Shown here piece by piece: positions 8,880-16,495 of a stretch of DNA of 35,593 bases; within the stretch, counting starts at the first letter, position 1, and the number at the start of each line of letters is the position of its first letter. The notes below the pieces were generated by a model. The model was not told the origin of the DNA, made no database searches, and worked only from the letters and a program-made list of their open reading frames with translations. The stretch is from positions 1 through 35,593 of the IMG/VR virus record IMGVR_UViG_3300025103_000071. One strand, given 5' to 3'. The position numbers were made by a program, and so were the translations under genes. This stretch comes from a virus. Its lineage: Duplodnaviria; Caudoviricetes.

Positions 8880-10436
8880 TTATGCGACTACCCAGCTTTT
8901 TGGTTGTTTTTTTGGCTTAAACCACGACTTTTTGTCCTTTTCCTGTTTAAAATTGGGTGGAAAAGTGTGTCTACATGCATAATACAATGCCTCTATAGTA
9001 TCATCGTGAGCCATTCGTGGGCCAAATGTAAGTATTTCATTAATTAAATCAAACATGTTATCTCTGACAAATATACTTCCCATACTGAACCTACCGCTAA
9101 GACCACTGTATATCCTATTCCTCTTCTGAGTCCCCCCAGGTTTTTCAGGTATTACAGCAATATCATAACGATTTAATCTCTTTCTTTCTTCATTAAGTGC
9201 TTGGAAGATAGACCTGTTCATAGCAACGTCTTCAACTGTAGCTGATACACAATGATATTTATTATAAAGTTCTATTATATAATCTACTACTCCAAGTTTT
9301 GAACCAGTATCGTATTTACTTCCAATAGTAGGGATAGACCTGTGTCTTTCATACTCAATAACATAAGCATTGTTGTTTATATCAACAGCTATTACCATCA
9401 TCACAGAATAATCAGCACCCTTAGTATCTATATCCGTAGCAGGGTCGCATCCTATAAAAGTATTTACTGGTGTTTTTGAACCATCAATAGATATATAGTT
9501 TATCCCCTCTTCATATTCAATATATCCTTCATACTTTTTAATATCACTTGACTTCCAAAGAGAATCTTCTTCACTCTGGACTTGCATAAAATATTCTTGG
9601 TAATACTTGGATGGCTGACCTGAATCATAATAGAATTTCTTCTTTTGCTCCATGATCTTTTTTGTAAAAAAACTTTCCCATAATAAATTACCATTATCAT
9701 CTAATGCTTTATATGTAACAATTTCCCATGCAAAATCTTTCTTATCCTTTATTGCTCGCTCATTAGATATAAGCAAATTATTAATAAAAGAATCATAATG
9801 AACTGGTGTTCCATTAACACGAATTCTACCAGTTTCCGGCTCAAGCGCAGGGTATACAACCGCAGTAACAAGATTCGCATTTTTAGCTCTAGCATCAGGA
9901 GTAATAGTATTTCCTTCATGTTCAAAATCATCCAGTATAATCAAGTCATATCTTTTATGAAGTTTTGCACCTCCCCTGATACCAGTAACATTACTCTTCG
10001 ATATTAGTTTACAGCCATTACTTAATTCTATATCTTCTTCTGTCCATTTCCTACCTTTTAAATGCCCAAAGAAGTATTTTATCTGCTCATTATAGTCTAA
10101 GTGATACTTAATATAATCCATATTCCCCGTAGCTAACTTCTGAGTGGCAGATACCCAGCCATAGAAAAGCATATCAGAAGGGTCACAAAATACAAAATCT
10201 TTTAAAATTGATGCTTTTGTAAGAATAGTTTTACCATGACCCCTTGGCAAAATAAAAGCAGATTGCTTTACACTCAAGTCATCAATGACATCAGCCACTT
10301 CATAATGAAACGCAGGAGTCTCAGACCTTAAAAAGTCATCTGGTAGAAAAAGCTTCCCAAATGCTATAAGGTCATTATGGGCTAATAATAGAGCTTCCTC
10401 TTCCTTGCTTACGTTCTTCTTGTTTATGTTTGCCAA
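8880..10436 (-). CDS. terL: Terminase large subunit
   Basis: Walker A 'PRGHGKT', Walker B 'LIILDD', motif III 'GTP', nuclease 'IGCDPA' and 'HDDTIEA'. Confidence 0.95.
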   Translation of the reverse strand: MANINKKNVSKEEEALLLAHNDLIAFGKLFLPDDFLRSETPAFHYEVADVIDDLSVKQSAFILPRGHGKTILTKASILKDFVFCDPSDMLFYGWVSATQKLATGNMDYIKYHLDYNEQIKYFFGHLKGRKWTEEDIELSNGCKLISKSNVTGIRGGAKLHKRYDLIILDDFEHEGNTITPDARAKNANLVTAVVYPALEPETGRIRVNGTPVHYDSFINNLLISNERAIKDKKDFAWEIVTYKALDDNGNLLWESFFTKKIMEQKKKFYYDSGQPSKYYQEYFMQVQSEEDSLWKSSDIKKYEGYIEYEEGINYISIDGSKTPVNTFIGCDPATDIDTKGADYSVMMVIAVDINNNAYVIEYERHRSIPTIGSKYDTGSKLGVVDYIIELYNKYHCVSATVEDVAMNRSIFQALNEERKRLNRYDIAVIPEKPGGTQKRNRIYSGLSGRFSMGSIFVRDNMFDLINEILTFGPRMAHDDTIEALYYACRHTFPPNFKQEKDKKSWFKPKKQPKSWVVA

Positions 10437-10602
10437 GAATAAACTCCTTTAAAGGTTTTTCTTTTTTATCCATTTCCACTAAACTGTTAAATGCCATTTC
10501 AATAGCATTCATTCTTTCAACTAGAACGCCTACAACTTGATTAATAGCCTTTATCTCTCTTATTATATCGTGCTTGGTAATGGAGTTTCGCTGCTTTCCC
10601 AT
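10375..10602 (-). CDS. Hypothetical small coiled-coil protein
   Basis: Track ORF on the operon strand, overlapping the terL start. Confidence 0.55.
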   Translation of the reverse strand: MGKQRNSITKHDIIREIKAINQVVGVLVERMNAIEMAFNSLVEMDKKEKPLKEFILGKHKQEERKQGRGSSIISP

Positions 10603-10700
10603 ATAAATCCGTGCCTTTCAGGATACTTCATAACTTTAGGGTATTGTTTAGATATACCATTTTTGTCAGGTATCCTGTGTTCTATTTTTGTTTTTTTCAT
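10563..10700 (-). CDS. 45-aa hypothetical protein (MKKTKIEHRIPDKNG...)
   Basis: Hand-translated; ATGA overlap with the phosphoesterase stop. Confidence 0.45.
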   Translation of the reverse strand: MKKTKIEHRIPDKNGISKQYPKVMKYPERHGFIWESSETPLPSTI

Positions 10701-11722
10701 TTTTTTGACCTTTTCCATGTTAAATAATCCGCCCCCTCGTACGGGTCAAATATTGTTGTAATTAATCTAGGGTCACTATCTTCATATTGTGGATCAATAA
10801 TAGTGACTGGACACATGAAAATACATTTATCATCTAGCCCCAGCTCTTTTGCATATCTATCATTTGTTTTATAACTGCCAACTTGAACAGCATGACTAAT
10901 TAATCCTGTCATTGGGTCTTTTAAAACTTGATAACCAGATACATGGATATGACCAGCAGTAAGTATATGATCTCTCCAGCCCATTTGGATAGCCTTGCTA
11001 ATCCCATGAGCAGTGTTCCACATACTATGTCCTCTGAAATTATGGCGTGCATTTAGTCTAACTTCTTTACCATTGGGAAAAATAAGATTCATTCTAACTT
11101 TATGATTACTATAATTGGTCATGCCCCTTCCAATCATCCACTCTAGTGGGTCACCTACGCCACTCCAAGCATCATGGTTGCCACCAACTAAATAAAGCCA
11201 AGGAACCATCTTTACAAAATGCTCTGTCAGTCTCCAAGATTCTTTTGCAGATGTACCCTGTTCTCCATAAAGCCTTGATAATCTGCCTACCCAATTATTC
11301 TGCATATCCCCAACATTTCCACCATACAATCCTTCTGTCTTAGAAACCAATTGTCCATGCATCAAAAGTTTAGAAATATCTGTGCCATCATCGTCTATAT
11401 GATTATCTCCAAAATGTGCAATACCAATGGGTTTATCGTCTAGTATTCTTATATCTATTAAGTGTTCAGCTTTTTCTCGCCTATTCTTAGCGTGGAATTG
11501 CTTAACACGGTGCTTGATTAAATCTTCAACATCAATATCTTCAGGAGGGAGTTCAGCTCTAACAAAAGCATATGTTTCTCTAATCCTCTGTTTCCATTTG
11601 CGAATTGTTCTTTTATGAACATTATATATCTTAGCTAATTCAGTAGGACTATTAGTTTCCATATCCGCAATAAATTCTGGAGGGATATGGTCTATATTTA
11701 TAGGGTTATTATTCTGTGGCAT
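10697..11722 (-). CDS. Calcineurin-like metallophosphoesterase with N-terminal HTH
   Basis: Five family motifs: GDNH, GD, GNHD, H, GHIH; N-terminal 'PTELAKIYNVHKRTIRKW' HTH. Confidence 0.85.
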   Translation of the reverse strand: MPQNNNPINIDHIPPEFIADMETNSPTELAKIYNVHKRTIRKWKQRIRETYAFVRAELPPEDIDVEDLIKHRVKQFHAKNRREKAEHLIDIRILDDKPIGIAHFGDNHIDDDGTDISKLLMHGQLVSKTEGLYGGNVGDMQNNWVGRLSRLYGEQGTSAKESWRLTEHFVKMVPWLYLVGGNHDAWSGVGDPLEWMIGRGMTNYSNHKVRMNLIFPNGKEVRLNARHNFRGHSMWNTAHGISKAIQMGWRDHILTAGHIHVSGYQVLKDPMTGLISHAVQVGSYKTNDRYAKELGLDDKCIFMCPVTIIDPQYEDSDPRLITTIFDPYEGADYLTWKRSKK

Positions 11723-12491
11723 TATCCAAACTCCGCTCTGGTAATTTCCTTTTTACTCCTTCTAATTGTTCTTGTGAGAAACCTTGAAATAAACCAACAA
11801 CTCCTGTCTCAACCTTCTTTACATTACCTAGAGTGCCTATAGCCTTTCCAAGTTCTTTAACTGCTTGAAGTTGAACATTCGCATCCATACCATTATCTGC
11901 AATACATTTTAGACTATGGAGTATGTACTCATGGTCTATGCCAAGTTTACTCGCCACTTCTAATGCACTAGATTCTATTTCTTTCATAACTCTCCTCTGT
12001 TTTAACAATACTATTGATTTCTTTCTAGCCTTATCATCACTTTCTTCATTAAATGCATTCATGTATGCTTTAACCGCCCCAGAACCTGCTACAATGTGTG
12101 TTGCAAATTCTTTCTCTTTATTAGTAACATTTTTACGCTCAACAACTCGCCTAGAAGGGTTTGTTATCTTTTTTGAAAAAGTGTACCTATTGCCATGCTG
12201 GTCAAAGTCAGAATCCATAAAAGTAGAATCCTTTATAAGAAATGTACCAACAACAGTCCTTACCCATCCTTTAGAATTTGTATAATTTTTCCTATCATTA
12301 GGATGCTTTATATTGTTTGATACTTTAAGCAACTGAACAATGCCTCCATCATCAGCCTCAACCCAGTCGCCCTGAGATGCAGTCTTCCAATCTGTACTAG
12401 GCTCTGGTGCCTGCTTCCCAAAATGGGAGTAATATTCATCTAAATCACTAAATACATAATGATTTATTTTTTTAATTGTTCTATAATCCAA
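11709..12491 (-). CDS. Probable terminase small subunit with N-terminal extension
   Basis: 'TNKEKEFATHIVAGSGAVKAYMNAF' resembles the TerS HTH start, followed by 'LQAVKELGKAIG'; upstream of terL. Confidence 0.6.
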   Translation of the reverse strand: MDYRTIKKINHYVFSDLDEYYSHFGKQAPEPSTDWKTASQGDWVEADDGGIVQLLKVSNNIKHPNDRKNYTNSKGWVRTVVGTFLIKDSTFMDSDFDQHGNRYTFSKKITNPSRRVVERKNVTNKEKEFATHIVAGSGAVKAYMNAFNEESDDKARKKSIVLLKQRRVMKEIESSALEVASKLGIDHEYILHSLKCIADNGMDANVQLQAVKELGKAIGTLGNVKKVETGVVGLFQGFSQEQLEGVKRKLPERSLDNATE

Positions 12492-12761
12492 TTATTTTTT
12501 CTTTCTATGTTCTTTTCGTTGTGTCTGTATGTAGATGCTGTCAATTAAATCTTGGACAGCAGTATGTATATAATAGACTTCCCCATTTATCTCTATAGGA
12601 ACAAGCCCTTTTGAAGCATTAGACAGAGCCTTCTCCATCTCACTAATAGGTTCATTTTGAAGAGGTTGTATTACGCTTGCCACTTTTTTTCTTCTTATTC
12701 TCTTTTTTAAGCTCGGCAGCCACTTCCGCTGCGAGAGCACGCTCTGCATGAATCCTATCAC
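12492..12761 (-). CDS. Hypothetical protein (true start may be ATG at 12638)
   Basis: Track ORF, stop adjacent to the next start. Confidence 0.45.
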   Translation of the reverse strand: MIGFMQSVLSQRKWLPSLKKRIRRKKVASVIQPLQNEPISEMEKALSNASKGLVPIEINGEVYYIHTAVQDLIDSIYIQTQRKEHRKKK

Positions 12762-12846
12762 GCTCTTCCTCTCTCAGTCTCTGTACACTAGCAGCACCAG
12801 TCACAGGTTCTGGTCTAGCCATATCATCACTTGTCATATATGCCAT
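12652..12846 (-). CDS. Hypothetical protein
   Basis: Track ORF with GGAG RBS. Confidence 0.55.
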   Translation of the reverse strand: MAYMTSDDMARPEPVTGAASVQRLREEERDRIHAERALAAEVAAELKKENKKKKSGKRNTTSSK

Positions 12847-13052
12847 TTCTTTACTCCCTTCTTTAATCGTTTATCTTTTACTAATTGGCATTGAACACAC
12901 AAGCCATTAGGGTAAATAAAAAACTTTTCTACAGACTTCCCACAGTTATAACAACCACTGTAAGACGATGTACTGTCTGGATTATCTTTATTGTCTTTTG
13001 TATTATTCAATTTGCCCATCCTCCCAGCCCTTGAAGGTAAGCACAAAGTCAA
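12834..13052 (-). CDS. Small Zn-finger-like protein
   Basis: CYNC...CVQC; start uncertain. Confidence 0.5.
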   Translation of the reverse strand: MTLCLPSRAGRMGKLNNTKDNKDNPDSTSSYSGCYNCGKSVEKFFIYPNGLCVQCQLVKDKRLKKGVKKWHI

Positions 13053-13212
13053 GTAATATCCAAATACTAAATGACCATGTTATTTGTAAGAAAAATTGAA
13101 GTAAAATGATGTGGGTATATACTTAACTCTGAAAGGGAAAAATCGGTTTATTGGAATCGCTTTTTACGTTAGTCGGTTTTTCGATTCCTTCACTTACAAT
13201 AACGGAGTTCAT

Positions 13213-13500
13213 ATGAAAACTATCCTTGAAACGCTTACACAGTACAGGGACATTTTAACTAACATCAATGGGAACCTTGTTCGGGTTAACTTTGACATCT
13301 CGCTTGATGTATTCACACTTGACGGTGTAGACTATCATCTCATCGTTTGGTACAAGAGAGATTGGGACAATGAAGGGGCTCTTTATGAGTCCAAGCGTTT
13401 GTTCACCACAGCTTCCTCAATTGATGCACGTTGGGACTTTCACGAGTCTATCAATGCTCAAGAAGATGACATGTATGATGCCATGTATCCAAGTGCATGA
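13213..13500 (+). CDS. Hypothetical acidic protein, first gene of the plus-strand block
   Basis: Track ORF 13111-13500; ATG at 13213 has GGAG upstream; followed by a strong hairpin. Confidence 0.65.
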   Translation: MKTILETLTQYRDILTNINGNLVRVNFDISLDVFTLDGVDYHLIVWYKRDWDNEGALYESKRLFTTASSIDARWDFHESINAQEDDMYDAMYPSA

Positions 13501-13516
13501 TCATGTAGGTTAGAAT

Positions 13517-13553
13517 GCAACAGCCCCCCTTCGGGGGGCTTGTTGTTGTTATT
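13517..13553 (+). terminator. Intrinsic terminator
   Basis: AGCCCCCC-TTC-GGGGGGCT hairpin (can form a C-UUCG-G loop) followed by TGTTGTTGTTATT. Confidence 0.8.
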
Positions 13554-13670
13554 CGTTATAAGGCTTCGTATAAGTGCAACGTTGGGACGTATAGATACAT
13601 ACTATCACATACACACACATATATCGTACATATTCAACTAACGTGGTCAGTAACATGAAAGATTTAGATT

Positions 13671-13745
13671 TAGCAAGAGATACGGGTTAAAGCCCATCGT
13701 AATTTAGGTTTCCCTGCAGGTTTCCGTTCCCTGTGTCTCTTACTA
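13671..13745 (+). ncRNA. Putative structured RNA element E1
   Basis: TAGCAAGAGATACGGG pairs with CCTGTGTCTCTTACTA: 16 positions, 1 mismatch, 2 G-U. Confidence 0.6.
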
Positions 13746-13754
13746 TAGTACCAA

Positions 13755-13872
13755 GGATGAAGTTAATATGTCATAAGGTATGGTGGTGCATACTTCCCAG
13801 ACATATTACCACGACGGGTGGCTTCCGTTCAGATAATGAAGAGATAAGCGTAAGGGGCTCTTCACTTCATCC
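13755..13872 (+). ncRNA. Putative structured RNA element E2 (multibranch)
   Basis: Closing GGATGAAGT/ACTTCATCC; inner TAATATGTC/GACATATTA, AGGTATG/CATACTT, ACGG/CCGT, TGAAGAG/CTCTTCA. Confidence 0.7.
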
Positions 13873-13895
13873 ATAATTTAAATGGAGAGTATAAC

Positions 13896-14021
13896 ATGAA
13901 TGCATTCAAGCATTACATAGTAGAAGTTATTATAACAATAATCAAGTTAATCAAGGGATATGGTTTAGAATCATTTGACTGTATCACTTACAAACAGTAC
14001 ATGGAGAATAAAGATGATTAA
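13896..14021 (+). CDS. 41-aa hypothetical protein (MNAFKHYIVEVII...)
   Basis: Hand-translated; GGAGAG RBS; stop overlaps next start region. Confidence 0.55.
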   Translation: MNAFKHYIVEVIITIIKLIKGYGLESFDCITYKQYMENKDD

Positions 14022-14160
14022 AAAAATCAAGCAGTTATTTAAAAGAGCAACACCAATAACAAAGGACAATAGACCTGACCGTTGGGTTGCTAAATATCCA
14101 GGTAATTCACATCAACGTAGAATAGCAAGACGTAAAGCAGAAAGGAGTGCAAACTCATGA
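14014..14160 (+). CDS. 48-aa basic peptide
   Basis: Track ORF 13975-14160; ATG at 14014 has GGAG RBS; 'NSHQRRIARRKAER' Arg-rich motif. Confidence 0.6.
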   Translation: MIKKIKQLFKRATPITKDNRPDRWVAKYPGNSHQRRIARRKAERSANS

Positions 14161-14393
14161 TAATATATTTAATCAATTGCACATTACATTACAATCATCA
14201 TGTAGATATAAGCTTCACAGGGTATGGGAAAGATGATGGTAAGTATGTATATGTACCAGTCACCAAGATCAGTTTAAGGGAAAAACAAGGCGGTGAAATA
14301 TATATACCTGAACAAGTTAAAGATAGTGAAGGTAATAAAATATTTAGAATCGCAATCAATCAACTTGAAAACATAACCTACATGGGTGACTAA
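14157..14393 (+). CDS. Hypothetical protein
   Basis: ATGA coupling and AGGAG RBS. Confidence 0.65.
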   Translation: MIIYLINCTLHYNHHVDISFTGYGKDDGKYVYVPVTKISLREKQGGEIYIPEQVKDSEGNKIFRIAINQLENITYMGD

Positions 14394-14394
14394 T

Positions 14395-14559
14395 ATGTCA
14401 TTTAAATGTTATAAATGTGATAAGCCTATTAAACCTAAATGGTCTGATAGGCTATTTACATATACTCATAAGTTATTATGTTATAAATGTTGGCAAGCAT
14501 CAAAGAATAAAACTAACAAAGCATTATATGATGCTAATCAAAGAATAAGAAATAATTAA
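14395..14559 (+). CDS. 54-aa Zn-finger-like protein
   Basis: Hand-translated MSFKCYKCDK...LLCYKCWQ; two CxxC. Confidence 0.6.
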   Translation: MSFKCYKCDKPIKPKWSDRLFTYTHKLLCYKCWQASKNKTNKALYDANQRIRNN

Positions 14560-14583
14560 TCGAGGACTCCGCATCCTCCAACA

Positions 14584-14643
14584 GGGGGGCAAGTCAGTAA
14601 CAGAGTGTTTAAACTAAAAGAAAGCTCTCGAGACTTGTCTCCC
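14584..14643 (+). ncRNA. Putative structured RNA element E3
   Basis: GGGGGGCAAGTC/GACTTGTCTCCC, 12 bp with 2 G-U; inner AGAG/CTCT; small GAGGA/TCCTC hairpin just upstream. Confidence 0.6.
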
Positions 14644-14666
14644 ATTACTTAACAAGGAGTATAACC

Positions 14667-14789
14667 ATGCCTAATCGTAAAGCAAAAGATCGTAAAAGAT
14701 TCAAACGTAAATTAAATGATAGTTTGAATAAATATGGTAGAACCAGAAAACAAATACAAAGCAGACTAAAGAAAGTGAAAACATCATGA
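14667..14789 (+). CDS. 40-aa very basic peptide (MPNRKAKDRKRFKRKLNDSLNKYGRTRKQ...)
   Basis: Hand-translated; AAGGAG RBS at canonical spacing. Confidence 0.7.
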   Translation: MPNRKAKDRKRFKRKLNDSLNKYGRTRKQIQSRLKKVKTS

Positions 14790-14896
14790 TAGTGCTCGGA
14801 TATATATTAGGTATAATCATGTGGCTTTGTATAGGTCATTATGTCGTTAATATAAGACATCAAAGAAGAATTAGACTGAGTTCCAAAGGTAAGTGA
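14786..14896 (+). CDS. 36-aa single-pass membrane peptide
   Basis: Hand-translated MIVLGYILGIIMWLCIGHYVVNIRHQRR...; ATGA coupling; 3' end overlaps E4. Confidence 0.5.
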   Translation: MIVLGYILGIIMWLCIGHYVVNIRHQRRIRLSSKGK

Positions 14897-15014
14897 GAAA
14901 TCTTTTGGTTCATAGAAGGGGAAACACTCATTACTCACGTTTGACCATTTAATCATAGTACTTGAAACTGACAGCTGGATTAATGGATGGTAATGAGTCT
15001 TCTAACTCAGTCTA
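14872..15014 (+). ncRNA. Putative structured RNA element E4
   Basis: Perfect 11-bp closing stem TAGACTGAGTT/AACTCAGTCTA; inner TAGAAG/CTTCTA, ACTCATTAC/GTAATGAGT, CCATTTAATC/GATTAATGG, CCAAAGG/CTTTTGG. Confidence 0.75.
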
Positions 15015-15018
15015 TAAT

Positions 15019-15117
15019 TAGCCTGTCCATATCTCCTGCGACTAACAATTATGTGGATTCATTGAAATTATTCAACACATATATGGCGTATACAGTTAAG
15101 ATTAAATGGGCAGGCTA
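15019..15117 (+). ncRNA. Putative structured RNA element E5
   Basis: TAGCCTGTCCAT/ATGGGCAGGCTA, 12 bp with 1 U-G; inner TATGTG/CACATA, TTGAA/TTCAA. Confidence 0.7.
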
Positions 15118-15120
15118 TAA

Positions 15121-15203
15121 TTGAGAGGTATGGAAGCAGTTGAAGTCTGCTATAAACGTGAGTATAAACACATTCCTACTAATACATCTAGCGAACCTCT
15201 CAA
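15121..15203 (+). ncRNA. Putative structured RNA element E6
   Basis: TTGAGAGGT/ACCTCTCAA; inner AGCAG-TTGAAGT-CTGCT. Confidence 0.65.
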
Positions 15204-15273
15204 AAAATTAATAAATAATCATCATTAACAAGCTTCGGTCAGCCGTATTGGTAAACACAGATTGGCACACATT

Positions 15274-15366
15274 CTTTTTAAGATTGCTAGGTAAGCCCAA
15301 ATTGATATATAAACCCAATTTATTAGGGTTGATGGTTATTTATTACAAGTCACCAATCTTGAAAAG
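15274..15366 (+). ncRNA. Putative structured RNA element E7 (may be part of a larger ~15235-15430 fold)
   Basis: CTTTTTAAGATTG/CAATCTTGAAAAG, 13 bp with 1 U-G; inner AACCC/GGGTT; adjacent CCACTT/AAGTGG hairpin. Confidence 0.55.
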
Positions 15367-15434
15367 GTCAACTTGGTTCCCACTTATCCAAAATGGTAAA
15401 AAAGTGGAAAAATTTATGTACTACACCGTATAAA

Positions 15435-15550
15435 ACTCTACTTTAAAGTCTATGTCCTGTGTATCTAACCGGAGTCTTGATATAAAGTACGGAGCACCTG
15501 ACGAGGTTGGAGTAGTTTGAATGATGCGAAAGATTTGCCTACGAGCATCA
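15435..15550 (+). ncRNA. Putative structured RNA element E8 (imperfect)
   Basis: ACTCTA/TGGAGT, TATC/GATA, ACCT-GACG-AGGT, TGATGC/GCATCA; pairings shorter and ambiguous. Confidence 0.35.
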
Positions 15551-15561
15551 GCATATAATAT

Positions 15562-15630
15562 TGGGAAGAGTTTGTTCTAATTTCCTGTAAAGGATTAAAA
15601 ATCAACCTTGAATAGGTTGTTCTCTTCCCA
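15562..15630 (+). ncRNA. Putative structured RNA element E9 (three-way junction)
   Basis: TGGGAAGAG/CTCTTCCCA enclosing TCC-TGTAAA-GGA and CAACC-TTGAATA-GGTTG hairpins. Confidence 0.7.
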
Positions 15631-15659
15631 TTTAACCATAATAAACAGGGAATACAATA

Positions 15660-15902
15660 ATGAGAAAACTAGCAGTAGATGAAATAATAGGTGGTCTTGT
15701 AGAAGCTTATGAAAAGTTACTTATATTATCCACAGACCCAGAAGGAAGTTGCCCAGCAGAATATCATCAAGCATTAGGTGAAGTCACAGCATTAAGATGG
15801 GTATTGGGTCAGCCAAAATGTTCAATAGATAGTACAATGCAAGAAGATGAACAACTTGTATTTGAAGAAGAACATGAATATGCTCCAAAGGAGGATGAAT
15901 AA
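15660..15902 (+). CDS. Hypothetical protein
   Basis: Track ORF; 'GEVTALRWVLG' helical hairpin; coupled to next ORF. Confidence 0.7.
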   Translation: MRKLAVDEIIGGLVEAYEKLLILSTDPEGSCPAEYHQALGEVTALRWVLGQPKCSIDSTMQEDEQLVFEEEHEYAPKEDE

Positions 15903-16141
15903 TGGGTATATATTGGACTTGTTGTTCTTGTTGTCAACAGGTTGAAGATCATCAATATGAAGGTGATGAAAGAATGTGTTTTGATTGTCTTGATGCTGGA
16001 GATTATTATGAACCAACAGAACATGATAAAATATCAAGCGGTAATAATGAAAAACCACAACTAATACTCATGGCATGGAGGAAATATTGCATGGAATCAC
16101 CAATTTTTAGAATGTTTGTTAAACTAGGATGGAGGAAATAA
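15902..16141 (+). CDS. Small Cys-rich (Zn-finger-like) protein
   Basis: CSCC...CFDC; GGAGG RBS; TAATG coupling. Confidence 0.6.
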   Translation: MGIYWTCCSCCQQVEDHQYEGDERMCFDCLDAGDYYEPTEHDKISSGNNEKPQLILMAWRKYCMESPIFRMFVKLGWRK

Positions 16142-16368
16142 TGCCAAAAATAAGAAGTATAACACATAGATATGCTGATAGCACTGTTTTAAGAACACAA
16201 ACTTGCAGATATGTATTATCTCTTGCAACAAAATGTGTTGAATTGCTTGAACATGGTTGTAGTACAACTGAATTACAAAAAATAAAAAGTGAAATCAGTT
16301 ATATAAAAAGAATGTTAAAACAAGAGTTTATCAGATCACCATCAACAAGATCAGATAACTTTCAGTAA
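16141..16368 (+). CDS. Hypothetical protein
   Basis: Track ORF 16129-16368; ATG at 16141 has GGAGG RBS and TAATG coupling. Confidence 0.6.
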   Translation: MPKIRSITHRYADSTVLRTQTCRYVLSLATKCVELLEHGCSTTELQKIKSEISYIKRMLKQEFIRSPSTRSDNFQ

Positions 16369-16377
16369 ACTTAATAT

Positions 16378-16495
16378 AGTCAACAGGGGTTCCGGAGCAT
16401 AATTCCAGAGCAGTTCTGCATGAAAGCTGTAGCGTCAGTGTCCGTTGATACTGCAAGCCCTATAACGTAGCTGTTTTGGTTGTCCCCTGTTGACT
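16378..16495 (+). ncRNA. Putative structured RNA element E10 (multibranch)
   Basis: Perfect 12-bp AGTCAACAGGGG/CCCCTGTTGACT; inner CCAGAGCAGTT/AGCTGTTTTGG (3 G-U), CTGCA/TGTAG, CAGTGTC/GATACTG. Confidence 0.75.

Noticed and set aside
196-12285. Plus-strand and nested ORFs inside the structural block (for example 196-621, 3393-3698, 11923-12285)
   Set aside because: Antisense or off-frame shadows of well-supported genes with no motifs
15248-15433. 61-aa track ORF
   Set aside because: TTG start with no RBS and it overlies element E7; not called, though not excluded
15446-15536. Possible hammerhead ribozyme (CTGACGA at 15498, CGAAA near 15527, AAGTCT/AGATTT as stem III)
   Set aside because: Stem II cannot form beyond one pair and stem I is mismatched next to the core; probably chance, though an Infernal scan is cheap
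13671-16495. CRISPR array or tRNA cluster as the explanation for the structured elements
   Set aside because: No repeated direct-repeat sequence; no canonical cloverleaf with D-loop GG, TTCRA and acceptor geometry found
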